IMG/VR virus record: IMGVR_UViG_3300050021_000174 | Span: 1 to 59,504 of that record | DNA from: a virus | Taxonomy: Duplodnaviria > Caudoviricetes | Length of the DNA stretch: 59,504 nt | Strand: one strand, 5' to 3' | Shown here: in pieces, positions 17,552 to 26,220 of the stretch | How the letters are laid out: each line of letters starts with the position of its first letter | Numbering within the stretch: position 1 is the first letter of the stretch | Program-made: the position numbers and the translations under genes | The notes under the pieces: generated by a model | What the model was told of the DNA's origin: nothing | Database searches by the model: none | The model's input: only the letters and a program-made list of their open reading frames with translations

Positions 17552-18268
17552 ATGCTAATCCAAATCAAAAAATGGGTAGACGGTAGCGTTTTGCACGCTA
17601 TTGAGGCTGATAACCTCAATGCTGCTGTTGAAATGCTGATTTCGAAGTCGGCCGATCTCTCCGGGGCCGATCTCTCCGGGGCCGATCTCTCCGGGGCCGA
17701 TCTCTCCTGGTCCAATCTCTCCAGGGCCAATCTCTACAGGGCCAATCTCTACAGGGCCAATCTCTCCAGGGCCAATCTCTACAGGGCCAATCTCTACAGG
17801 GCCAATCTCTCCAGGGCCAATCTCTACATGGCCAATCTCTCCTGGTCCAATCTCTCCGGGGCCTATGGGATAAGCAAATATCTAACGACTCCACTCTATA
17901 TGCTGCTCGATCAACCTGGGCTTATCCGCGCATATAAGCTCGTGACCGATAAAAATACCGGCCCAACTTACCCCGGAACCATCTACGCGCAGGGCCAAAA
18001 GTATGAAGTCGCGAATGCGTGCTGCGACGAATCCGAACAATGTGCTGAAGGCATTAGTTTAGCCACTCTCGATTGGGCGATGAAGGAATGGAGGCCGGGA
18101 TTCAAGATTTTGATCGCCGAGTTTACTACTCAGGAAATAGCTGCAATACCTATAAGTAGTGACGGAAAATTTAGAGTGAAATCCTGCCGGATTGTAGGCG
18201 AAAAGGATTTGAAAGAGCTGGGGCTGGAAAACGAGCAAGTCAACGCAGAATCGGAGGAACAATCATGA
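17552..18268 (+). CDS. Pentapeptide-repeat protein with a phage C-terminal domain
   Basis: A(D/N)LxR/G pentapeptides; C-terminal AYKLV...CAEGISLAT...DGKFRVKSC. Confidence 0.85.
   Translation: MLIQIKKWVDGSVLHAIEADNLNAAVEMLISKSADLSGADLSGADLSGADLSWSNLSRANLYRANLYRANLSRANLYRANLYRANLSRANLYMANLSWSNLSGAYGISKYLTTPLYMLLDQPGLIRAYKLVTDKNTGPTYPGTIYAQGQKYEVANACCDESEQCAEGISLATLDWAMKEWRPGFKILIAEFTTQEIAAIPISSDGKFRVKSCRIVGEKDLKELGLENEQVNAESEEQS
17650..17860 (+). repeat. 15-bp tandem repeats encoding the pentapeptides
   Basis: GCCGATCTCTCCGGG / GCCAATCTCT(A/C)CAGG units. Confidence 0.9.
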
Positions 18269-18528
18269 ACAAACTCGAAGTTTTGGAATCACTCTTAAAA
18301 GACATGCAGGCTAAACGTGAAGCGATCAAAGTTTTATGGATGGAGCTTCAGCCCGAACACATGCCGGCCGCCAAAACGATATGGCGCTGCTACGCCGAAG
18401 AGGGACGGGAGGGCGATTTTCCGAGCAGGACCGAACCGGCCATGGCAACCGACATGTTGAACCGGATGTTTTGGGAGCATTTTGGGGAAACGGTCTACCG
18501 AAAACCTACAGGGTACGTGGAGAAGTAG
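18265..18528 (+). CDS. Hypothetical protein
   Basis: ATGA overlap, GGAGG RBS. Confidence 0.6.
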   Translation: MNKLEVLESLLKDMQAKREAIKVLWMELQPEHMPAAKTIWRCYAEEGREGDFPSRTEPAMATDMLNRMFWEHFGETVYRKPTGYVEK

Positions 18529-18530
18529 CG

Positions 18531-18791
18531 ATGAACGAGCCTGAACGTATTTATCTCATGAGTGACGGTGACGATGTGGAATCTCCGGAGACTGAATATA
18601 TCAGGTGGTCTCCGGAAAGGATGGATGAATCAGACGTTGAGTATGTCCGTGCCGATATTCATGCGGAGCTGCTTGAGGCGTTGAAAAATCTCTACGACAT
18701 CAGCGAACCATTTCATCACGATACCGATGCCGTTTGGAGGGTTTGTAAAAAACAGGTCTTGGCCGCTATCAAAAAGGCCGAGGCCAAATAG
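18531..18791 (+). CDS. Hypothetical phage protein
   Basis: PERIYL...DVEYVRAD...ELLEALK...AAIKKAE motifs typical of small early phage proteins. Confidence 0.6.
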   Translation: MNEPERIYLMSDGDDVESPETEYIRWSPERMDESDVEYVRADIHAELLEALKNLYDISEPFHHDTDAVWRVCKKQVLAAIKKAEAK

Positions 18792-19002
18792 GAGGGGTGA
18801 TGATCTGCACGATTGACGACGCAAAACGGAAAATCTGCCCACAGATGAGCGGTTGGATTCCCAGCTCGATCCTTGGGAATGTAGCTGAGTGGGTGTTTAC
18901 TTACTGCCAGACGGACCAATGTGCCTTGTGGTAGAGCTGGCCCAAAGAGACCGTGACGGGGGTCGCGGGATACGGCCGCTGCGGACTGTCGAGGGGGAAC
19001 AA

Positions 19003-19266
19003 ATGATTAAGCGCAACATCGATATTGAAATCAGTATATCCCCAAGAGAACTGGCAACCGTTTTCTGTAACCTGGATGCTGACAGCCAAGCATCTTTCTT
19101 TAATTGGATCGCCGAAATCAGCGGGCAGTGGGCAGTTCCTTTTTGTCTTCAACTCCAGGCCATAATTGATTCTGACGTTCTGGTCCCTTCCGGCAGGCTG
19201 GCTATGGAAGCAATAGGGGATTACGGCAAGGCATGGAGGCCAAATATAGGAGGAGGTGAACTTTGA
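19003..19266 (+). CDS. Hypothetical phage protein
   Basis: ISPRELATVFCNLDADSQASFFN; GAGGGGG RBS. Confidence 0.6.
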   Translation: MIKRNIDIEISISPRELATVFCNLDADSQASFFNWIAEISGQWAVPFCLQLQAIIDSDVLVPSGRLAMEAIGDYGKAWRPNIGGGEL

Positions 19267-19580
19267 AACTCAGAAGCGTGCTAAAAATTGGTTATGACGA
19301 GTATGAAATCCCTGAAGACATGCAACCATCAGACATTGAGACGGGTGTTGAGTTTCTCTACCGGATCATTGGAGACAAGAAAAAAATGGTCCTTACGACG
19401 ACCTTTGAACCGGAACCGGAACCGGAGCTTGACGATAAACCCGAACCGGCACTACTCGATGCACTTAACTTGATTCTTCCGCTTGCTAAGGGATATGCGG
19501 CCGAACATCCCACTGGCGCCAACCAAGATTATGTCACAATCGCAGAAGCAGAGATCGAAAGAGCTAAGGAACCTGAATAA
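19263..19580 (+). CDS. Hypothetical protein
   Basis: GGAGGAGG RBS, TTG start; EPEPEP linker. Confidence 0.55.
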   Translation: MKLRSVLKIGYDEYEIPEDMQPSDIETGVEFLYRIIGDKKKMVLTTTFEPEPEPELDDKPEPALLDALNLILPLAKGYAAEHPTGANQDYVTIAEAEIERAKEPE

Positions 19581-19751
19581 TGCTCACTCCTGCGCGTATT
19601 GCGGAAATCAGGGACCGATTTTCAGGCGACGATAAGAACGTCATCGATGAGCTGATCGCCCACATCTGCTGGCAGCAAGACAAGATCGAACGGCTAAGGA
19701 TAACAGTTAAGATCGTTTTGGGCTGGTATTACGAGCTTAGGGAGAAAAACA

Positions 19752-20594
19752 ATGGATGATAAAGCCATGACTATACGTGAAGAGGATTCACCGCGCGGGC
19801 TAATTGCTCTGGCGTTAGAGAAGAGTGCCGATCCAACCACTCTTGAAAAGCTGATGGACCTGCAAGAGCGGTACGAAGCTGGGCAGGCTCGGAAAGCATA
19901 CGTTGCCGCGATGTCTGGGTTTAAAATGGAGGCTCCGGCGATAATAGCGAAAAGCGACACAGTTGATTTTTCAACGCAGAAAGGCCGGACGCACTACAAC
20001 TACGCCAATCTGGGAAGTATCGTTCTGGAAATAACGGCCCTGATGGGAAAGTATAGCCTATCCGCGTCATGGGAAACGAAGCAGGACGAGAAGGATAACA
20101 TAATAGTCACCTGCCACATTACTCATGCCGCCGGGCATCGGGAGAGCGTTACATTGCGGGGCCCTGCTGATGAATCCGGCAACAAGAATCGCATCCAGGC
20201 GGTCGGCTCAACGGTCACATACCTGCAACGCTACACCCTGTTGGCCGTTTTGGGCCTGGCAACCGGTGAAGATGATGACGGGAGAGGCGGCCAAAAAGAA
20301 AGCAAACCCCCCATATCCCAGCCGAAGGCCAGAACCGAAAGCAAACCCGAAACCCTGACTGTGCGCGGGATCATAGACGAAGTGAAGGTTTTCGACGGGA
20401 CCACGAAACAGGGCAAGGCATATACAAAGTATGGCGTCGTGATCGGAGGCGTCAGTTACGGTTCGTTTGACGCAAAAGTGGGCGAGCTTGCCGGGCAGTT
20501 CCAGGGCTGCGAAGTGGTCCTGTCCTTTACCTCGGACGGGAAATTCAACACTGTTGTTGAACTCGTCCCCATCGCGGAAGGCGAAGCGGCATGA
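19752..20594 (+). CDS. erf: ERF-family single-strand annealing protein
   Basis: LEKLMDLQERY...YNYANL...VTCHITHAAGH...IQAVGSTVTYLQRYTLLAVLGLATGEDDDG. Confidence 0.9.
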   Translation: MDDKAMTIREEDSPRGLIALALEKSADPTTLEKLMDLQERYEAGQARKAYVAAMSGFKMEAPAIIAKSDTVDFSTQKGRTHYNYANLGSIVLEITALMGKYSLSASWETKQDEKDNIIVTCHITHAAGHRESVTLRGPADESGNKNRIQAVGSTVTYLQRYTLLAVLGLATGEDDDGRGGQKESKPPISQPKARTESKPETLTVRGIIDEVKVFDGTTKQGKAYTKYGVVIGGVSYGSFDAKVGELAGQFQGCEVVLSFTSDGKFNTVVELVPIAEGEAA

Positions 20595-21148
20595 TCGAGT
20601 TCCAGGAGGATAAGCACGTCTACACTGTTGATGGAGTTGTTTATCCGAGCGTTACACAGGTGTTACACGACATGGGCCTGTCCACATATTACGACTCGGG
20701 CGATGACTTTTACAAAGAGCGCGGTCAAGCTGTGCATAAATGCTGCGAACTCATCGACTCTGATACTCTCGATTGGTCAAGCGTGGACCCTAGAATTACA
20801 GGGTACTTAGATGCTTATCTGGCATTCAAAGAGGAAACCAGGTGGCAGTTCGACCACTCTGAAGAGCGCCTTGCTGACGATACTTACAAATTTTGTGGCT
20901 CGCCGGATAGATTTTGGCCCCTGCTCGATTTAAAAACAACGGCTTCGAGATTTGATCTTCAATTATCGGCTTATGCAATTCTGCTGCAAGCCAACGGATT
21001 CAAGCCAGGGAGAGAAGCCTATTTTCTACAGTTGAAACCCGACGGGAAATATACGCTGAACACTTACGTGTTGAACCGACGGGATACCGGGATATGGCAT
21101 TGCGCCGTCAGTTTGTGGTGGTATCGAAAAGAGAAAGGACTTTTGTAA
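20591..21148 (+). CDS. PD-(D/E)XK (Cas4-like) exonuclease partnering ERF
   Basis: HVYTVDG..YPSVTQVL...RGQAVH...CGSPDR...LDLKT...QLSAY. Confidence 0.85.
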   Translation: MIEFQEDKHVYTVDGVVYPSVTQVLHDMGLSTYYDSGDDFYKERGQAVHKCCELIDSDTLDWSSVDPRITGYLDAYLAFKEETRWQFDHSEERLADDTYKFCGSPDRFWPLLDLKTTASRFDLQLSAYAILLQANGFKPGREAYFLQLKPDGKYTLNTYVLNRRDTGIWHCAVSLWWYRKEKGLL

Positions 21149-21325
21149 ATGCCGCGCAACGTAAAAGCCACAACATACTTGGGGGATTCGGTTTATGCCG
21201 GGCGGGACTTTGGAACTCTCTTTATCTGTACCGACAACGGATGTGGACCTGAGAATGTTATCTTTTTCGAGCCTGAAGTATTCGAGGCTCTTCTTAATTT
21301 CGAAAAATCCACAAAGGAGGATTAA
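21149..21325 (+). CDS. Small phage hypothetical protein; not in ORF track
   Basis: MPRNVKATTYLGDSVYAG...TDNG...IFFEPEVFEAL exactly fills the gap between two genes. Confidence 0.6.
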   Translation: MPRNVKATTYLGDSVYAGRDFGTLFICTDNGCGPENVIFFEPEVFEALLNFEKSTKED

Positions 21326-22039
21326 ATGAACTTAACCGCACAAATACTCGAAATTACCCCGGAGCCAACAGAAGTTGAAGTCTTGAAGCAAGAGGCTGTG
21401 ACCTTTTATGACACCGTTAAGGGTCAAACGATAACAACAGTCCAAGACTACGAACAGGCAAGGGAAGGGCTACTTGAGGTTAAGTCGCGCCTCAAGAAAA
21501 TTGACGAAAAGACAGACCCCATGAAGGCTAAGACGTGGGAGGCTCACCAAGCTACCCTCGCGTTTATAAAAGAAGCTAAAGCCCCATATCTTGAAGCCGA
21601 AATTTTCTTCAAAAAGGAAATATCCAGGTTTTTGACCGCCGAAGAAATAAGACGCAAGGCCGAAGAAAACCGCCTTCGCCTCATTGCAGAAAAAGAAGCT
21701 GAAGAGCGCCGCCTTGAAGCCGCTTTGCGTGCCGAGGAAGAGGGCGATATCGAAGAAATGGAGGCCACCCTTAACGAAGTTCCAGCCTTTGTCCCTCCTC
21801 CCATAGTCCCAAGGACGGTGCAGACAGGGAATGGGATCCAGATGCGGGAAGTCTGGACATGCGAAGTCACTGACTTGAAAGCCCTTGTAAAAGCCGTGGC
21901 CGAGGGGAAAGTCGCAATCGTGGCTATCCAAGCCAACACAACCTTTCTCGGCCAGCAAGCCCGATCTCTAAAGGGGAGTATGAATTATCCCGGGGTCAAG
22001 GTTTGGGCAACAAAGAATATTGCTGCGGGCAGAAGATAG
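21326..22039 (+). CDS. Coiled-coil recombination-module protein (Gam/Gp157-like position)
   Basis: Long coiled coil, C-terminal W.CEVTD...YPGVKVW. Confidence 0.6.
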   Translation: MNLTAQILEITPEPTEVEVLKQEAVTFYDTVKGQTITTVQDYEQAREGLLEVKSRLKKIDEKTDPMKAKTWEAHQATLAFIKEAKAPYLEAEIFFKKEISRFLTAEEIRRKAEENRLRLIAEKEAEERRLEAALRAEEEGDIEEMEATLNEVPAFVPPPIVPRTVQTGNGIQMREVWTCEVTDLKALVKAVAEGKVAIVAIQANTTFLGQQARSLKGSMNYPGVKVWATKNIAAGRR

Positions 22040-22071
22040 ACGGTAGCAGCCTAGCTGCATGGGGAGGGATT

Positions 22072-22515
22072 ATGGGATTAGATTGTAGTCATAATGCGTT
22101 TCATGGTGCTTATTCAGCGTTTAACCGTTTCAGGCAAGCGGTTTGCTTTGCTCTTGGTGGTAGCTTCCCGCCGCACTGGAAACACAATCCCGACTTTTCG
22201 ATTACGAAAGGTCCGAATGATGAGTTTACCTATGACCGGACTTTAGACGAGGGCGTGATTTATTTTGGACGATATTTAGATGAAGATTCCGGCTTAGCCA
22301 TTTTTCTGAAGCACTCCGACTGCGATGGAGAGATTTCACCCGAAGATTGCACAAAGGTGGCGGACGAATTGGAATCTCTTTTGCCCGAGATTGAGAAGTA
22401 TGGAATGGGAGGCGGACATATTTCCGCGCGCGGTGGATATGCCGACGTAGCCCGAAAGTTTATAGGCGGGTGCCGTGAGGCCGCTAAGTCCAACGAGCCG
22501 CTGATTTTTGCTTAG
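22072..22515 (+). CDS. Hypothetical phage protein
   Basis: MGLDCSHNAFHGAYSAFNRFRQ...FLKHSDCDGEISPEDC. Confidence 0.65.
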   Translation: MGLDCSHNAFHGAYSAFNRFRQAVCFALGGSFPPHWKHNPDFSITKGPNDEFTYDRTLDEGVIYFGRYLDEDSGLAIFLKHSDCDGEISPEDCTKVADELESLLPEIEKYGMGGGHISARGGYADVARKFIGGCREAAKSNEPLIFA

Positions 22516-22544
22516 CGCCCCGCCCCGATAGCGAGGGAGAGTGA

Positions 22545-22736
22545 ATGGAACATTGGAACATTGGCGATAAAGTGTGCCTTCCTGGATGCCAGCGTGAAGC
22601 ACCGGAAACGGTAATCGCTCGCGATAGATTCGGCCGGGTTGAGATAGAGTGGGCGGATGGGAGCGGCAGTTATCATCTGGACCAAGAGCTTGTCGAGCCT
22701 GAGTTGAACGGCGAAATGCCGAGGCAGTTGACCTGA
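22545..22736 (+). CDS. Small hypothetical protein (SH3-like)
   Basis: WNIGDKV...VEIEWADG; GAGGGAG RBS. Confidence 0.45.
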   Translation: MEHWNIGDKVCLPGCQREAPETVIARDRFGRVEIEWADGSGSYHLDQELVEPELNGEMPRQLT

Positions 22737-22772
22737 GATGCAAAAACTTCTGACCCCTGAGCATAAATAGAA

Positions 22773-22985
22773 ATGAATAGATGGTTGTCGATGCCAGGCG
22801 CGTGTGAGTACGCCGATATGTCACGCAAGACTATGCGGCGCCTAATTGCTGACGGACTGATTGCTGCCGACAGGATAGGCGCAAGCTCGCGCGGTCACTG
22901 GCGCATAGACCGGGAAAGCATCGACAGTTATTTTGGCAGGACTGAGCAAAAAATACTTGCGAAAATACGGGGTCTTCGGCAATGA
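22773..22985 (+). CDS. xis: Excisionase-type HTH protein
   Basis: WLSMPGACEYADMSRKTMRRLIADGLIAA...WRIDRESIDSY, directly upstream of the integrase. Confidence 0.8.
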   Translation: MNRWLSMPGACEYADMSRKTMRRLIADGLIAADRIGASSRGHWRIDRESIDSYFGRTEQKILAKIRGLRQ

Positions 22986-23508
22986 TTCTGTGCATGAGAC
23001 TCGGGAAGCGCAAAAAATACGGAACTTATTTTATCGAGTTTGATTCCGGAAAACGCCTATCCCTTCAGACTCAGGATGAGCGAGAGGCCAAGCGTCTTTA
23101 TAATGTCTACCGGGCCGAATGGCTTGCGGGGAAGCTCGAACATATCACCGGAGCTTGTTCTAAAACACTTGCGGATTACGCGGAAGAATATCTGAAATGG
23201 GCCGTTGAGGTCCAACCTCACTCGACCTATAGGGCAAACAAACTGGCACTGGATAAACTGAAGCATTTCGCAGGAGAGAAGATCGCTCTGGACCGGATTG
23301 GGATTAAACACATCGACGATATGTGCGCTACGCTCAAGAAACTATCGCCAAACTCGGTCAACAACTACATCCGGCACGCGAGAGTCGTTCTTAATAAGGC
23401 CGTAGATTGGGGATATCTCAAGAGTAACCCGCTATCCAAGGTGAAGCAGGTCAAAGTTGAGAAGCGCCCTCCTGCATTTCTGGACAAGCAACAAGCGGCG
23501 ATATTCAT
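22982..23508 (+). pseudogene. int: Tyrosine integrase, arm-binding and core-binding domains only; interrupted by an IS, catalytic domain absent
   Basis: RLSLQTQDEREAKR...LSPNSVNNYIRHARVVLNKAVDWGYLKSNP...FLDKQQ; rejoining across the IS adds only VDLVLKCLDLN*. Confidence 0.85.
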
Positions 23509-23558
23509 AAAACCTCCGCAAGGAAACCCCTGATTGAAATCAGGGGAGGAATTGCGGC

Positions 23559-23587
23559 TTGACACGCCGCATCACATGGTATACTAT
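23559..23587 (+). promoter_or_regulatory. IS-borne promoter for tnpA
   Basis: TTGACA-N17-TACTAT. Confidence 0.6.
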
Positions 23588-23594
23588 GTGAGGT

Positions 23595-24008
23595 ATGGAA
23601 AACGTTACTACAAACAGAAATTGTGTGTATCAGACTGCTTACCATCTTGTGTGGTGTCCGAAGTACCGGCACGACATTTTGACTGGTGAAGTGGCTAAAG
23701 CACTTGAAGAACTTTTGGATCAAGTTTGCTCCGAAAGAAAGTGGACTATACTGGCACGAGAAGTTCAGCCTGACCACATCCACTTGTTTTTGAGCATTCC
23801 GCCTTCGGTTGCCGTTTCCGATGCTGTGAAAATCCTCAAAGGTACTACGGGTAGACGGCTGTTTGTTCGCTTCCCTGTTCTTAAGAAACGGTTGTGGGGA
23901 GGGCATCTTTGGTCGCCGTCTTACTATGTCGGAACGGCGGGACATGTGAGTGCAGACACTATTAAGAAGTACATTGAACGCTCCGAGCATGTAACGAAGA
24001 GAAGGTAA
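23595..24008 (+). CDS. tnpA: IS200-type HUH (Y1) transposase
   Basis: YHLVWCPKYR, PDHIHLF (HUH), LKG, LWSPSYY, catalytic helix KKYIE. Confidence 0.95.
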   Translation: MENVTTNRNCVYQTAYHLVWCPKYRHDILTGEVAKALEELLDQVCSERKWTILAREVQPDHIHLFLSIPPSVAVSDAVKILKGTTGRRLFVRFPVLKKRLWGGHLWSPSYYVGTAGHVSADTIKKYIERSEHVTKRR

Positions 24009-24011
24009 AAT

Positions 24012-24863
24012 ATGGGAGTTCCCAACAAGATCAATAAAGATAATTTGCAATTGGCTTTGAATGCTTACCAATCTGGACAATCGCTGCTTTCCTCCGGGAA
24101 TATTATTGGCGTTAGTGGGGCGGCACTTCGTCAGTATTGCATAAAGCACGGAATAGCACGGAGAACACGAAGTGCATCTATGCGAAAATTGAAAGTTAAC
24201 GAACACTTTTTTGAACAAATCATTAATGAACCCTCTGCATATTGGCTTGGGTTTATTCTTGCCGACGGAACGATTTTTAATGATTCCCTGACTCTTGCTC
24301 TGCATATCAAAGACTCTAATCATTTGGAGAAATTTAAAGAATCTATCGGTGCAGATCATCTTATTAAACATTATCATTATTCCAACCAAACCAGTCGTTG
24401 CCAAATTTCGATACGACGGCATGAGATTGTAAACGATTTGGCTAACCTGGGAATATATCGCAACAAGAGTCTTACTGTTAAGCCTCCGGTTGAACAAATC
24501 CCATTGTCTCTTGTCCATCATTTTTGGAGAGGGGTAATAGACGGAGATGGAAGTATTTGTTTTTTGAAAAAACGCCCTCATAATTCGCACATTTCTCTTG
24601 TGGGTTCTGAATATGTTTGTAATGCCTTCTCTGTTTGGGTCAAAACTTTAGATATAGATAGTCCTGTAGTGAAGCAACATAAAAGCATTTTTGAAGTTAA
24701 AGTATTTGGTAGAATTCGGTGCCGTGTTGTACTTTCTGCTTTATACAAAGATGCCACTCTCTTTCTAAATCGAAAATTTAACGCAAGTCACAATCTTGCT
24801 CGGATTGGTTGCTCTATCGAGCTTCCAAGGGGTGAAGTAGACCACCCTGATGTTGCCGCCTAG
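24012..24863 (+). CDS. HTH + double-motif LAGLIDADG homing endonuclease with a TnpB-like C-terminal tail
   Basis: AYWLGFILADG and HFWRGVIDGDGSI motifs; YKDATLFLNRK end of the LAGLIDADG, then NASHNLARIG. Confidence 0.85.
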   Translation: MGVPNKINKDNLQLALNAYQSGQSLLSSGNIIGVSGAALRQYCIKHGIARRTRSASMRKLKVNEHFFEQIINEPSAYWLGFILADGTIFNDSLTLALHIKDSNHLEKFKESIGADHLIKHYHYSNQTSRCQISIRRHEIVNDLANLGIYRNKSLTVKPPVEQIPLSLVHHFWRGVIDGDGSICFLKKRPHNSHISLVGSEYVCNAFSVWVKTLDIDSPVVKQHKSIFEVKVFGRIRCRVVLSALYKDATLFLNRKFNASHNLARIGCSIELPRGEVDHPDVAA

Positions 24864-24934
24864 CAGCGGACAATAAAGCCTCTGACTTCAGTCAGGGGTT
24901 GTTTACAGTGGACCTCGTGTTGAAATGTTTGGAT

Positions 24935-26209
24935 CTAAATTAAAATTTCGCCCGGTGGCCTCTCATCATATGGAGGTTTTAGCGCAATTAAATCAGCTTG
25001 GCATATTAGTATCTTGTGGGTTTCTTCAAAAGAAGTGGGATAGTAGTTTACTATCCTACTAATTTGAAACCGGCCTTTATACTTGGGCCGTATAAATCTA
25101 GCCCAATTCTCATTTGTATAGTACCAAAGTGAATTACTATTCCAGCGGCTAACGTGAGTCGGGTCTTGAAACGCGCCGCGTCCATCTGTACTCGGCACTT
25201 CTATTAACAGCCAACCGCCGGGTGCAAGAACTCTGTACGCCTCACCCATCGTAAAAATCGGGTCTTTCAGGTGCTCGAAGATATGATACGCCTTAATCAC
25301 GCCAACTGAACCGTCAGCAAACGGCCACCTTTTGTTCAGGTCGCACTTCACGTCCGCGTCGAACTTGTCAACGGTCGTAAATCCCGGCCATGCGTTGAAC
25401 CGTCCGCCGAGGTCGAGTAGCCTGAGCTTGTTGTCTTTGGCCCATCGTATAGCCATGTCCCGGCTGTACTTGAGATAGTTTTGGTCTGTGAGATATTGAA
25501 CTTCGGCATTGTCGGTCACGCTGGTGTTGCTGGGGTGGCGTCGATATAAATATAGGCATTCGTCTATGTGCCTGATTCCCGCAGCCCCGTATGTAATAAA
25601 AAAGCGACAGTTTAAATCGTGGTCATCAGCGGTAGGCATCGTCTCGTCATGTCCGCCAAGGTTGAAGTAGCTGGAAGTTCTAAAACAGCGCACATGATTG
25701 GGGGACCACTCTACCCTTCGGAAAGAATGAGGCGAAGGCGAAAACGCAACCATTTCTTTTAGCTGGTGTCCCTCGAATTCAAAAGCACGAGACTGCCATC
25801 CATAGTCCGAACTGTAAACAAATGGCTCCCAAGTCCGGTCTATGAACTCCGCTGAGTTGCTGTACGCCATGTGAACATCGGAGTCCGCGAAGGATTCAGC
25901 CACCCGATCCAAGGCATTGACCGTGAGCATGTCGTCTGCATCCAACTCGACTAGGACTTCGCCTGTGGCTTCGAGCGCCAAAGTCTTTTTCAATCTCCCT
26001 ATCTTGTTCCGTCCTCCGGCGAGTTCGTCGGGAATGTCTATCACCCTTACCCGGTCGTCTCCTCGAATGTATCCAGGAACCGACCCGCCGTTGTTTACCC
26101 CGATGAGCCATTCCCAATCGGCGTAGGTCTGCTCTTGGAGTTTACGGTAAGCGTCCCGTAAATACGGGGAAGAAGATTTATGGACCGGCGTGAAGACTGA
26201 CAGTTCCAA
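24935..26209 (-). CDS. GT2 glycosyltransferase fused to a class I SAM-dependent methyltransferase-like domain
   Basis: LSVFTPVH, ELDADD (DxD), DDHDL, LYLYRRH; LDLGG, DLNKRWPF, FEHL, YRVLAPGG, QDPTH. Confidence 0.9.
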   Translation of the reverse strand: MELSVFTPVHKSSSPYLRDAYRKLQEQTYADWEWLIGVNNGGSVPGYIRGDDRVRVIDIPDELAGGRNKIGRLKKTLALEATGEVLVELDADDMLTVNALDRVAESFADSDVHMAYSNSAEFIDRTWEPFVYSSDYGWQSRAFEFEGHQLKEMVAFSPSPHSFRRVEWSPNHVRCFRTSSYFNLGGHDETMPTADDHDLNCRFFITYGAAGIRHIDECLYLYRRHPSNTSVTDNAEVQYLTDQNYLKYSRDMAIRWAKDNKLRLLDLGGRFNAWPGFTTVDKFDADVKCDLNKRWPFADGSVGVIKAYHIFEHLKDPIFTMGEAYRVLAPGGWLLIEVPSTDGRGAFQDPTHVSRWNSNSLWYYTNENWARFIRPKYKGRFQISRIVNYYPTSFEETHKILICQADLIALKPPYDERPPGEILI

Positions 26210-26220
26210 TAAAGTATCTC

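Larger units (their letters stand above)
23509..24906 (+). mobile_element. IS200/IS605-family element carrying tnpA + LAGLIDADG endonuclease
   Basis: Target TTCAT, LE hairpin CCCCTGATTGAAATCAGGGG, RE hairpin CCTCTGACTTCAGTCAGGGG ending TTTAC; LE nearly identical to that at 52032. Confidence 0.9.

Noticed and set aside
17494-17894. CRISPR-like array and RDWP/ERSAP repeat ORFs
   Set aside because: Contiguous 15-bp coding repeats without spacers; the minus-strand ORFs are shadows of the pentapeptide gene
23505-24590. 361-aa minus-strand ORF sharing a C-terminus (AACQAAIPPLI.IRGFLAEVL) with ORF 52028-53101
   Set aside because: Both are antisense to IS genes; the shared tail just reflects the identical IS left ends
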